35,035 nt of DNA from a virus (IMGVR_UViG_3300034104_004810:1-35035), one strand, 5' to 3'; counted from the first letter of the stretch, positions 25,872 through 34,248 are shown. A program made the numbers and translations. The notes: generated by a model not told the origin, from the letters alone.

Positions 25872-25998
25872 CCTGCAATAAGTGTAATGATTGGGGATAG
25901 TCAGGTAATACCCAGTTTGCCAAAGGACACGGCATATATTCTGCGAGCCGAAATGCGAAGAAGTCCAAAGTGTAGGTTGACAGCTCGGAAAGACGGGC
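25872..25998 (+). ncRNA. Putative multi-stem structured RNA
   Basis: CCTGCA/TGTAGG closing stem, internal hairpins, terminal GCTCG-GAAAGA-CGGGC hairpin. Confidence 0.5.
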
Positions 25999-26003
25999 AA
26001 CAT

Positions 26004-26087
26004 TGGAATAATGGTAAATGTGGTTAAATCAGCAGACTGTAAATCTGTCGCCTTTCGGCTTTGTGGGTTCGATTCCCTCTATTCCAA
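26004..26087 (+). tRNA. tRNA-Tyr(GTA), slightly non-canonical
   Basis: TGGAATA/TATTCCA acceptor; GCAGA-CTGTAAA-TCTGT anticodon arm; long variable arm; GTGGG-TTCGATT-CCCTC (one mismatch); weak D stem. Confidence 0.8.
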
Positions 26088-26103
26088 CAACAACCAAAGG
26101 GAA

Positions 26104-26184
26104 GGATAACTGAAAGATTTGTTATTGATGTCTAGCTAACATCGAAAGTGAATTTTCTTAGAAGTACAATAAGATAGGTTATCC
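26104..26184 (+). ncRNA. Putative three-way-junction RNA
   Basis: GGATAACT/GGTTATCC closing stem; hairpins GATGT-CTAGCTA-ACATC and TCTTA-GAAGTACAA-TAAGA. Confidence 0.5.
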
Positions 26185-26194
26185 GCAGAAATAT

Positions 26195-26313
26195 AGCAGT
26201 ATGGCGAAAATGGCAAACGCTCACAGGTTGGAATAGTAAAAGCTGAATTAACAGCCATCTCCAGTACATTTTATTCTGGTTATTCCTTACAGGTTCGAAT
26301 CCTGTTACTGCTA
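26195..26313 (+). ncRNA. tRNA-like RNA (Leu-type D arm) with anticodon/variable region replaced by a 67-nt domain
   Basis: Acceptor AGCAGTA/TACTGCT-A; D arm GCG-AAAATGGCAAA-CGC; perfect T arm ACAGG-TTCGAAT-CCTGT. Confidence 0.8.
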
Positions 26314-26319
26314 CAAAAT

Positions 26320-26503
26320 AAAAGCAATCCACCCCGATAAGTCGGGAATGTGAAACCTTTCGGGGAGTTGGTAAAGCCTCGTCATATCATTTCGCTAAGT
26401 GCCGATTATAGGTCCGGGGCATTGAAAATTTAAGTCGTGTGGCGTTAGGGTTAGATTTTAGAGCGTCGAAACCCTTATAAAAAATTAAATGTGGATTGCT
26501 TTT
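26320..26503 (+). ncRNA. Putative 184-nt structured RNA closed by a 13-bp stem
   Basis: AAAAGCAATCCAC/GTGGATTGCTTTT encloses at least four hairpins including a UUCG tetraloop. Confidence 0.6.
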
Positions 26504-26525
26504 TTTAAACTTTAAAACCAGAAAA

Positions 26526-26708
26526 ATGATAGGACTTAACAACGGGGCAATTTTTATAGACGGCAAGCATTGCACTAATCCAGAACTCATCGGACTGGCA
26601 TTATTAGACTTTGCTGAAACACTTGAAAATGATGGCATCGCAATTTCTTTAAAAGAAAGTGATGTGTTTGTTGAAAATGTAGGTAAATGCGTGTACTATG
26701 AAAATTGA
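26526..26708 (+). CDS. Hypothetical protein
   Basis: ATG at 26526; IDGKHCTNPELIGLALLDFAE. Confidence 0.7.
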   Translation: MIGLNNGAIFIDGKHCTNPELIGLALLDFAETLENDGIAISLKESDVFVENVGKCVYYEN

Positions 26709-26883
26709 AAATGATTTCAGCATAGAAGATATTGTTTACCTAAAACACGATATCGAGCAAAAGCCAAGAATGATACACGCCATCGTAATTACCAAATACA
26801 ATGTGATGTATGAATGTATTTCTGGTACCGAAGTCTCCACTCATTATAGCTTCGAATTGTCAAACCAAAAAAGAGTTTATTAA
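26698..26883 (+). CDS. Small SH3-like hypothetical protein
   Basis: FSIEDIVYLKHDIEQKPRMI...HYSFELS. Confidence 0.7.
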   Translation: MKIENDFSIEDIVYLKHDIEQKPRMIHAIVITKYNVMYECISGTEVSTHYSFELSNQKRVY

Positions 26884-26884
26884 G

Positions 26885-27037
26885 ATGAATAAATCCGAAC
26901 TAGAATTAGAGCTTATTAAAAAAGTTGCTATTCAAGAATACTTATTGGAGCATGGCTCAAACGATGAAAAAATAAACTCCAAAATCAGAAACATCAAATC
27001 TGAACTTTTGGAAATTGAGAAAAATAGAAATAAATAA
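26885..27037 (+). CDS. Hypothetical protein
   Basis: MNKSELELE..., 50 aa, tightly packed between neighbours. Confidence 0.55.
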   Translation: MNKSELELELIKKVAIQEYLLEHGSNDEKINSKIRNIKSELLEIEKNRNK

Positions 27038-27047
27038 TTGATTACAG

Positions 27048-28535
27048 ATGCGGGACATAACAGATGATGATATAAGGGATTCTGAAATATTAGAACTTGA
27101 AACTCTTTTGAAAGAAAGAGACATTGATATTTTCAGAAACAATCTAAATGTTATAACTGAAGAAACGAATCCAAATTACAAACTTCTTCATGACGCAATC
27201 TCTCAGCAAAAATACGGCATTGTAAACGGAAAACTAGATTTGATTTCTGGACATAGAGGAGCTGGACTTGAAGGCTCTTCCCGTTCTGGAAAAACATGGT
27301 CCGGAATAGATATTATCATTTGGCTATGTCTTTACGTTGAGGTAAACGGTTGCACAATCAACATCTATCGGGAAACCTACAACGAATTCAAAACAACTCT
27401 GTACGATGATTTCAAACGTCGCCTTGACGATTTCGGATTACCTAATAAATTCCATGAAGCTGAAGAAATAAAAAGCTTCAAAATTGGCAAATCAAAGATA
27501 TTCTTCATTGGTGACGGTAAGCATGGTGGAGGTTGTGATTACGCTTTTTTTAATGAGGTAATGTTTATCAAAGAGTCAGTATTTAACCAGGTTAAAATGC
27601 GATGTCGAAAGTTCTGGTGGGCCGATTATAACCCGTCATTTACTGATCACTGGTTTTTTGATAAAGTGTTAGGTCGTCCAGATGTTGCTTTTCTTCGAAC
27701 TACATTTCATGATAACAAACATATTTCGCCACAGGAACGACATGAGATTATTATAACCGAACCTTGGAAGCCAGGATCATATATCGTAAAAGACAATCTA
27801 ATTCAATGCTACAATAAAGACACGGGAAAAGTTGAGCCAATCTCAAAAACAAACCAGCCGCCGCCTCATGTTGAAAACATAGCCAACGGAACGGCCGATG
27901 AGGATTATTGGAAAATTTACGGATTAGGTTTACGCGGAGCTATGAAAGGATTGATTTTCCCGAATGTGTTTTGGATTGATAAGTTTCCAGAAGATAAAGC
28001 GCCAATATTTCCGAATGATTTTGGGTTTACAACAGATCCAAATACGTTGGTTAAGTATGGAGAAGATGATCACAACATATGGATTGAGCCGCTTTGTTAC
28101 GAACCTATCGAAACTCCAGATGCTTTGGCTTCTTTACTCGATAGCTTAGGTATTGACAAATCAAAAGATATCATTCCGTGTGATTCGGCCGATAAATACA
28201 CTGGCGAAAATAAGGGAACTGTTGAAATGGTCAAGGGATTGAAAAAGCTAGGGTATCAAAGAGCTTATAAAATAAGCAAAACAAAGTCAGTTATGTTCTG
28301 GCTTACATCGATGAAGAAAAAGAAAATCCACATTGTAAAAAACCATCTTTATAAGCAAGCATTGAAAGAACAGCAAAACTATAAAATGAAAGAGATTGCC
28401 GGAATATCAATTAACCAGCCATCTGATAAATGGAACCACATTTGGGATGCCGCTCGTTATGGCCACATCGCTCACAATTCCCCATCTCAAACATTTGCAA
28501 CCGATGAAGAAACTATCAAATCAATAAATTACTAA
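27048..28535 (+). CDS. terL: Terminase large subunit (PBSX-like)
   Basis: Walker A EGSSRSGKT, FFNE, DYNP, TTFHDN, WKIYGLG, DFGFTTDP, CDSA, NHIWDAARY. Confidence 0.95.
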   Translation: MRDITDDDIRDSEILELETLLKERDIDIFRNNLNVITEETNPNYKLLHDAISQQKYGIVNGKLDLISGHRGAGLEGSSRSGKTWSGIDIIIWLCLYVEVNGCTINIYRETYNEFKTTLYDDFKRRLDDFGLPNKFHEAEEIKSFKIGKSKIFFIGDGKHGGGCDYAFFNEVMFIKESVFNQVKMRCRKFWWADYNPSFTDHWFFDKVLGRPDVAFLRTTFHDNKHISPQERHEIIITEPWKPGSYIVKDNLIQCYNKDTGKVEPISKTNQPPPHVENIANGTADEDYWKIYGLGLRGAMKGLIFPNVFWIDKFPEDKAPIFPNDFGFTTDPNTLVKYGEDDHNIWIEPLCYEPIETPDALASLLDSLGIDKSKDIIPCDSADKYTGENKGTVEMVKGLKKLGYQRAYKISKTKSVMFWLTSMKKKKIHIVKNHLYKQALKEQQNYKMKEIAGISINQPSDKWNHIWDAARYGHIAHNSPSQTFATDEETIKSINY

Positions 28536-28537
28536 AT

Positions 28538-28753
28538 ATGAATTTCATTAAAAAATATTTCCAAAAGCAACGTGAAAAAAAGGCGCGTATTCAATCGAAA
28601 GTCGAAAGCGTGATAAATGATTACGAAAAACTAATTGAGCAGTATAGAGCCGTACAAGAACGTCGAAGCGGATTATCTAGAAAAGATCGTGAGTTTGTCG
28701 AAATGCGTGTGAAGTATTTAGTTTCAAAAGGTCATTTAACAATCAACAAATAA
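28538..28753 (+). CDS. Hypothetical protein
   Basis: 71-aa basic ORF between terL and portal. Confidence 0.7.
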   Translation: MNFIKKYFQKQREKKARIQSKVESVINDYEKLIEQYRAVQERRSGLSRKDREFVEMRVKYLVSKGHLTINK

Positions 28754-28759
28754 TAAGTC

Positions 28760-30181
28760 ATGGAAGAATTAATTGAGTTAATTAAAACGAATCCAACAGA
28801 AGCGATTTCTGCAATTGCGTTACAAAATCCAAAGAAGCCGGAAACTATTGTCGAATATCGAAAAGAATATAAGGAGCACGACCGTGAACTTCGCGATACT
28901 CAGGTGGGTAAAATCCAGAAGGATAGACCAGTTGGGAATACTACCATTAAAGAAGTTCGTGTTCCTATCAACTTCGCTAAAAAGATTGTCACAACCGCTG
29001 CGGCTTTCGAAGTAGGTAAGCCTGTTACTTTAATTCCATCAGAAGAAAATGAACTTTCAAATTTAATCAAACAGATCTGGAAAGTAAACCGTATGGATGC
29101 TATGGTGCAAAAACTTGTAACCATTAAGAAAAAAGAAACTCAGGTAGCAATTCAGTTCTACATAAATGATTTGTTGCCAACTTCATTATTCAATCGAATA
29201 GTTACAAAACTAGGATTGAAAACTCAGAAGAAAGAAATAAAAACAGCTTTGCTTGAGAATGAAAAAGGATTGATGTATCCATATTTTGATAGTAATGGAG
29301 ATATGATTATTTTCATGTGGAAATATGATATTGTAGTTGGCGACAAAACCATCAAAAATATAAAGATTTGGGATAAAGATAACATGTACTTTTTCTCAGA
29401 TGAATTAGGTTCTTTGGAAATGGTTGACAAATATCCAATGCCTCACGGTTTTGATAGAATTCCAATTGTTTACGTTTCACAAGAAGAGCCTGAGTGGTAT
29501 GATGTTCGTGAAATGATTGATAGGTTAGAAACTTGTATTTCCAAACTTGGAAGCTCGAACGATTACATTGCATATCCTTTGTTGATGATTTTTGGCGAAA
29601 TTAAATCAATGCCAAGAAAAGAAGATACTTCTAAGATTTTGAACTTTCCTATTGTCAAAGATGACGAAGGTAAAGTTCATCATGGAAAAGCGGAGTTTTT
29701 GGAATCTGAAGGAGCTGGAGCATCACAGAAGTTAGAACTTGAAAAACTTGAAGAGTATATTTATTCAATCTCTCAAACTCCTAATCTTTCATTCGATAAT
29801 GTAAAGTCATTAGGTAACGTTTCTGGAGTTGCTTTAAAATTGATGTTCTTAGATGCTTTTATCAAAGCTTCAATGAATGAAGGAGAAAACCGTACAATGA
29901 TTGAGAGAATGATCAACATCATTATATCTGGAATTATTAAAACAACCAACACGGGATTATCTGGTGCCGCTGCATCATTATTCTACGATGTACAATTCAA
30001 TTCAATCCTTCCAGATGATTTAAAAGAAGCTGTTGAAATTGTTTCAAATGCGGTTAATTCCAAAGTAATGTCTAGAAAAACAGCCGTTGAATATTTGGGA
30101 ATGAATGAAGATTCTGAAGAAGAACTTGAGTTGATTAAATCAGATCAACCGATTGAAGCGAAACCGAAAACAGAAGTTTAA
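28760..30181 (+). CDS. SPP1-type portal protein
   Basis: NFAKKIV...GKPV, HGFDRIPIVY, SQTPNLSF...GNVSGVALK, MSRKTAVE. Confidence 0.92.
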   Translation: MEELIELIKTNPTEAISAIALQNPKKPETIVEYRKEYKEHDRELRDTQVGKIQKDRPVGNTTIKEVRVPINFAKKIVTTAAAFEVGKPVTLIPSEENELSNLIKQIWKVNRMDAMVQKLVTIKKKETQVAIQFYINDLLPTSLFNRIVTKLGLKTQKKEIKTALLENEKGLMYPYFDSNGDMIIFMWKYDIVVGDKTIKNIKIWDKDNMYFFSDELGSLEMVDKYPMPHGFDRIPIVYVSQEEPEWYDVREMIDRLETCISKLGSSNDYIAYPLLMIFGEIKSMPRKEDTSKILNFPIVKDDEGKVHHGKAEFLESEGAGASQKLELEKLEEYIYSISQTPNLSFDNVKSLGNVSGVALKLMFLDAFIKASMNEGENRTMIERMINIIISGIIKTTNTGLSGAAASLFYDVQFNSILPDDLKEAVEIVSNAVNSKVMSRKTAVEYLGMNEDSEEELELIKSDQPIEAKPKTEV

Positions 30182-30184
30182 GTT

Positions 30185-30370
30185 ATGAAAAAATTATTCA
30201 CAACAATCCAGATGACGCTTTTAATGATTTCAGTATTAATGCTGGGTCATTACATCATTAATTTAATTGAATGCTACTTCAATTTAAGTTTATCGGGTTT
30301 TTTGCCCTTTGCATTAGTTTTAATCATGCTTTTAATAGCATCAACAATAGTTAGTAAATGGAAAAATTAG
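30185..30370 (+). CDS. Small two-TM membrane protein
   Basis: Two hydrophobic segments in 61 aa. Confidence 0.6.
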   Translation: MKKLFTTIQMTLLMISVLMLGHYIINLIECYFNLSLSGFLPFALVLIMLLIASTIVSKWKN

Positions 30371-30636
30371 AAGTAGTTGGCAAGGTTTGCCACAAATCAG
30401 AAGTAGAGTTATTGGGTCAAAATCAAATCAAAAAACAAATTATCGCAGTTGAAACTGACGGCCAATACCCTCAGAAGATCCCTGTTGAGTTCTTAAAGGA
30501 CAAAGTTGATTTGCTTAATAATGTTGAGGTCGGCCAAAGCGTGAAGGTAAGTGTTAATATCAAAGGTAAAGAATACACTGATCGAAATGGAGTTGTCAGA
30601 TTTGGATTGAGTTTTCAAGGTTGGAAAATAGAATAA
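30358..30636 (+). CDS. DUF3127 (SSB-like OB fold) protein
   Basis: ETDGQYPQKIPVEFLKDKVDLL...VSVNIKGKEY...QGWKIE. Confidence 0.85.
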   Translation: MEKLEVVGKVCHKSEVELLGQNQIKKQIIAVETDGQYPQKIPVEFLKDKVDLLNNVEVGQSVKVSVNIKGKEYTDRNGVVRFGLSFQGWKIE

Positions 30637-30657
30637 ATAAACTTATAAGTTGATTAG

Positions 30658-30689
30658 AAACCACGCTAGAAATAGTCGTGGTTTTTTTT
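30658..30689 (+). terminator. Intrinsic terminator
   Basis: AAACCACG-CTA-GAAA-TAG-T-CGTGGTTTTTTTT. Confidence 0.8.
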
Positions 30690-30702
30690 ATGTTTTTTAT
30701 TC

Positions 30703-30747
30703 TTATTTAGTCTAAATAAAAATAATAGATATTTTTTTATATATTTG
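30703..30747 (+). promoter_or_regulatory. Head-operon promoter with upstream palindrome
   Basis: TTATTTAG-T-CTAAATAA 30703-30719; TATATTTG 30740-30747. Confidence 0.6.
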
Positions 30748-30780
30748 TTTCTTAAAATCAACAATTTAATATTCAGAAAC

Positions 30781-31428
30781 ATGGCAGTAGAAAAATCAAA
30801 AGTGATCGCTAGACTTAAGGCATTATTCCCTAAGGCTAATTTATCACAAAAGAGGCTAGACGCTTTAGCGGATAAACTCGCGGTTAAACCAGCAGATGAT
30901 GCAGATGATGTGGCAATTGATGTTGTAATTAATGACTTTAATTCTATTTTAAGTATTGAAGATATCGCCCGTGAGGATGATAGAGTCAGAACTTTGGAAT
31001 CAAAGGCTAATCCACCAACACCACCGACACCTCCAACGCCACCATCTCCACCGACTCCAAAAGATGATGTCCCAGCATGGGCTCAAGCTCTTTTAGATTC
31101 TAACAATAAACTAAAAGAAGATCTTGAAGCCATCAAAACAGGCAAAACAATTGAAACTAAGAAACAAACAGCTTCTGAGTTGTTTGCTAAATCTGAGGTT
31201 TTAAAAGCAATGAAACCTGAATTGCAAGCAAAGTGGGTTAATCGTATCGACATCAATTCAGAGACTTCATTCGAAGATCAAATCAAAGAATTGGAAAGCG
31301 AATACTCTGAATTAGTTCAGGTAAGCGCCGATACTAACATTTATGCTGGTCCAGCGGGCGGAGGTTCTTCTATCCAGAAACCTGATGAAAAAGTAGTTGA
31401 AGAAATTGTAAGTAATTTAAACATATAA
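30781..31428 (+). CDS. Capsid scaffolding protein
   Basis: Position before head genes; helical; PPT linker; DVPAWAQAL motif; ATG 30781. Confidence 0.75.
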   Translation: MAVEKSKVIARLKALFPKANLSQKRLDALADKLAVKPADDADDVAIDVVINDFNSILSIEDIAREDDRVRTLESKANPPTPPTPPTPPSPPTPKDDVPAWAQALLDSNNKLKEDLEAIKTGKTIETKKQTASELFAKSEVLKAMKPELQAKWVNRIDINSETSFEDQIKELESEYSELVQVSADTNIYAGPAGGGSSIQKPDEKVVEEIVSNLNI

Positions 31429-31431
31429 CCT

Positions 31432-31827
31432 ATGTCAACAGTAGCAAATTTAACGTCACAAGGTCCTGATTACGGCACAAATAACGACACAATCGTTATT
31501 GTCAATGTTTTAGAGACCATTCCAGGAGGTAAAACTCTTGATGTAACAGGTTTTGCTCCAGATGTAATTCCAGCGGGTCATTTGATCATTGAGGAAACAT
31601 CTACAGGAGTTTTAAAACCGATGCCAGTATCTGGAGCCGCTTATGGTTCTTTGCCAGCATCTCACACTTACAAAGGTGTATTGATCTCAACAATCAAAAC
31701 AAGTAAAGCCTTTGCGGGAATTATGGTACGTGGTACCGTAAACAAGGAGGCTTCTCATTACACAATCAGTTCAGTACTGAGTGCTGTAAAAACAGCGTTG
31801 CCTTTAATTCGTTTCACACAAGACTAA
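31432..31827 (+). CDS. Head decoration protein
   Basis: IPGGKTLD...VIPAGH...GIMVRGTVN; between scaffold and MCP. Confidence 0.7.
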   Translation: MSTVANLTSQGPDYGTNNDTIVIVNVLETIPGGKTLDVTGFAPDVIPAGHLIIEETSTGVLKPMPVSGAAYGSLPASHTYKGVLISTIKTSKAFAGIMVRGTVNKEASHYTISSVLSAVKTALPLIRFTQD

Positions 31828-31838
31828 TCTAAAAGAAA

Positions 31839-33122
31839 ATGAAAGAGTCATTATTTGTAAAGTATTTAGGATGGATGAGCGCTATCATCATCGGGGTTGT
31901 AAGCAAAATTAATGGAGGTAAGACCGAATTGTCTTATTTGCATAAAACGATGCTTACAGAAGAATTGTCAACTGATCTTAAGTGGTCAACATTGACAATC
32001 AATGGCACTATTGTTTCTGCGGATGTAGTTGCAATGGATTCTGCATTGCCTTTAAAATCGAGAGATTCTATTGGTACTGCGGATGGAGAGATTCCAAAGT
32101 TAGGAATGAAAAAAAGAATGTCAGAGAGACAACTTTCGGACATTGATATTCTAGTTAGTAGAAAAGTTGAAAACAGAGTAATTGTAGAGAAAATCTTTAA
32201 TGATGCAGTAGCTTGTACGATGGGGGTTCATGAAAAGTTAGAGTATATCTTCTTGAAAGGACTTTCTACAGGTATTGGATTAGTTGAAGATACTGAAAAT
32301 GTTGGTACCGGTATTCGTGTAGATTACGGATATAAAGCTGCTAATAAATTTGGAGTTACAAAAGTATGGTCAGATGCTGCATCTAAACCAATTGATGATA
32401 TTAAGCGAGTTCTTAAAGCTGCAAAAGCAAAAGGAACAAACTTAAAGTTTATCATGATGGATGATGCTACTTTCGACAACTTCGCAGCTAATCAACAAAC
32501 TCGAGAGCAGTATGCTTTTTCTCAAAACTTTGTAGGAAGTCAAATTCCAGTTCCAGACTTAGAGCAAACAAACATGATGATGATGAAGCGTTACAAGTTG
32601 ACTATTGTAATTGTAGATCGTACAATCATAACTGAGCGAGATGGTAAACGTACCGTTCAAACTCCATGGGAAGAAAACATGGTTGTGTTCTTGGAAACTC
32701 AAAAAGTAGGTCGTTTGGTTTACGGTATTCTTGCAGAAGAAACCCGCCAATCAAAAGCCGCATCTTACGTAAAAGCCGGAAGCTTCATTCTATTGAAGAA
32801 ATGGTCAAGCGAAGAGCCTTTTGCGGAGTTCACATCTTCTCAAGCTATTGCGGTCCCGGTTATCGATGGAGTGGATGATATCTACTTATTGAATTCAAAC
32901 GAAGCAACAGCTGGAGCAAGCGCACAAACTGAGGGAGATGCTAATTTAGCTTACAAGTCGGTTAACTATACTAGAACTTCTGTAATTGCTGCAATCAACT
33001 TGGCAACTGGTAAAACAACTGCTAAAACAAGTAACACAGATGCTAAACTAGCTGAGTACATCGATACTTTGAACGAAGAGCAAGTATTGGTATTTGAAGC
33101 CAACATCGTAGCATCAGCATAG
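31839..33122 (+). CDS. Major capsid protein (lambda E-like, HK97 fold)
   Basis: ADVVAMDSALPLKSR, GEIPKLG, VDYG, WSDA.SKPIDDI, AVPVI motifs. Confidence 0.88.
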   Translation: MKESLFVKYLGWMSAIIIGVVSKINGGKTELSYLHKTMLTEELSTDLKWSTLTINGTIVSADVVAMDSALPLKSRDSIGTADGEIPKLGMKKRMSERQLSDIDILVSRKVENRVIVEKIFNDAVACTMGVHEKLEYIFLKGLSTGIGLVEDTENVGTGIRVDYGYKAANKFGVTKVWSDAASKPIDDIKRVLKAAKAKGTNLKFIMMDDATFDNFAANQQTREQYAFSQNFVGSQIPVPDLEQTNMMMMKRYKLTIVIVDRTIITERDGKRTVQTPWEENMVVFLETQKVGRLVYGILAEETRQSKAASYVKAGSFILLKKWSSEEPFAEFTSSQAIAVPVIDGVDDIYLLNSNEATAGASAQTEGDANLAYKSVNYTRTSVIAAINLATGKTTAKTSNTDAKLAEYIDTLNEEQVLVFEANIVASA

Positions 33123-33123
33123 T

Positions 33124-33705
33124 ATGTATTTAGAAACAGCTATATCAACATTAATCGAAAGAATCTCTTGGGCTAACCCTCAAGAAGATTCTTTTGTAAT
33201 TGCCTTGGATGAAGATAACCTAACCGGAACATCTGGAAGAAACTTTCAATCCTTTCATCAATTGGTTACTGTTGAGAATATATACGCTGCAATATCTAAC
33301 ATCGATGCAAATGCAGAAGAATTTAATTTGATCTTATCAGATATCAGGAAACAAGCGGTACTTAAAATTTTACCGCTTGTTATTGATTACAATCAGTTGT
33401 CGGTTTCGGCTACAGATTATACTGATTTGATAACTGATAATGCTATTCTTTTTGATGATGCGATTGGGTACCAAACAGCAATTAATGTTCTCGAATTGTT
33501 TATTTCTACAAAAAGAAGCAACCTTTCAGAACGTAACGCAAAGTTGGCCATATCAAACCTGAAATTAGAAATTAACGGCTTCAAGAATGAAACCGGATAC
33601 ACCGTTGCAAAAGGATTGGTTTTCTTCTTAAATGAGGCAATCAAAACTGCAACAAATAAGCTTTTTCCAAATCCAATTATCGTTCAATCTCCTAAAGTCT
33701 GGTAA
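33124..33705 (+). CDS. Putative head-tail adaptor
   Basis: Position after MCP; helical 193 aa. Confidence 0.55.
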   Translation: MYLETAISTLIERISWANPQEDSFVIALDEDNLTGTSGRNFQSFHQLVTVENIYAAISNIDANAEEFNLILSDIRKQAVLKILPLVIDYNQLSVSATDYTDLITDNAILFDDAIGYQTAINVLELFISTKRSNLSERNAKLAISNLKLEINGFKNETGYTVAKGLVFFLNEAIKTATNKLFPNPIIVQSPKVW

Positions 33706-33706
33706 A

Positions 33707-34237
33707 ATGAATTACAACAATTATCCAGGCATTGGAATTGATAAGAAGCTCTTAGACTTACAAAATGCTTTGAGTTCTCACTTAGGCTTTTTAAATGTTG
33801 ACTTTTACGGACGTGTTCAAAAAACACTCAACAAAGATGGTAAATCATTTGTTCCAGAAGTACACATTTCAAACTCTGAACGAAAGGAAGTTTATTATGA
33901 TGATAGGAATGCGCCTGGCGGGAATGTTTTCTTTGTTGATTCAGAAGAGCACACTACCAAAGACGGTAAATTGTTTTCATCAAAAATTAAGGTTGTTTTC
34001 ATGTTGAATTTAGACAAACTTTATCAGGATAAGAACTACAGAGCCGATGTTGAAGTTCAAGAGCATTGCGTTAAGTTGATCAATAAACTAAGAATCTTTG
34101 ATGTAACTGGAATTGAAAAAGGACTTTCAAACGTATTGAAAGGATTCAATATTGAAGGGATAAAAAAAAACGATTTACAACCATATCACACTTTTGCCGT
34201 GGTTGGTAATTTGAATTATATTTTTAATTGTAAATAA
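33707..34237 (+). CDS. Putative neck/tail completion protein
   Basis: ATG 33707; position before the tail tube gene. Confidence 0.55.
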   Translation: MNYNNYPGIGIDKKLLDLQNALSSHLGFLNVDFYGRVQKTLNKDGKSFVPEVHISNSERKEVYYDDRNAPGGNVFFVDSEEHTTKDGKLFSSKIKVVFMLNLDKLYQDKNYRADVEVQEHCVKLINKLRIFDVTGIEKGLSNVLKGFNIEGIKKNDLQPYHTFAVVGNLNYIFNCK

Positions 34238-34248
34238 CAAACAAAACT

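Noticed and set aside
26104-26184. Hammerhead ribozyme (CTGAAAGA...GAAA)
   Set aside because: Core has an extra base versus CUGANGA, and stem II/III and the NUH site do not line up.
25758-26288. Inserts in the tRNA-like RNAs as group I or BHB introns
   Set aside because: Far too short for group I, and no excision I could find restores a paired anticodon stem.
25759-26638. Minus-strand ORFs 25759-25968, 26132-26332 and 26387-26638
   Set aside because: Antisense shadows of the structured RNAs; translations contain typical antisense-tRNA peptides such as GIEPLT and GFEPV.
31012-31059. CCA-CC-AC repeats as a DNA repeat element
   Set aside because: Encodes the PPT linker of the scaffold protein with varied third positions, so it is a protein-level repeat.
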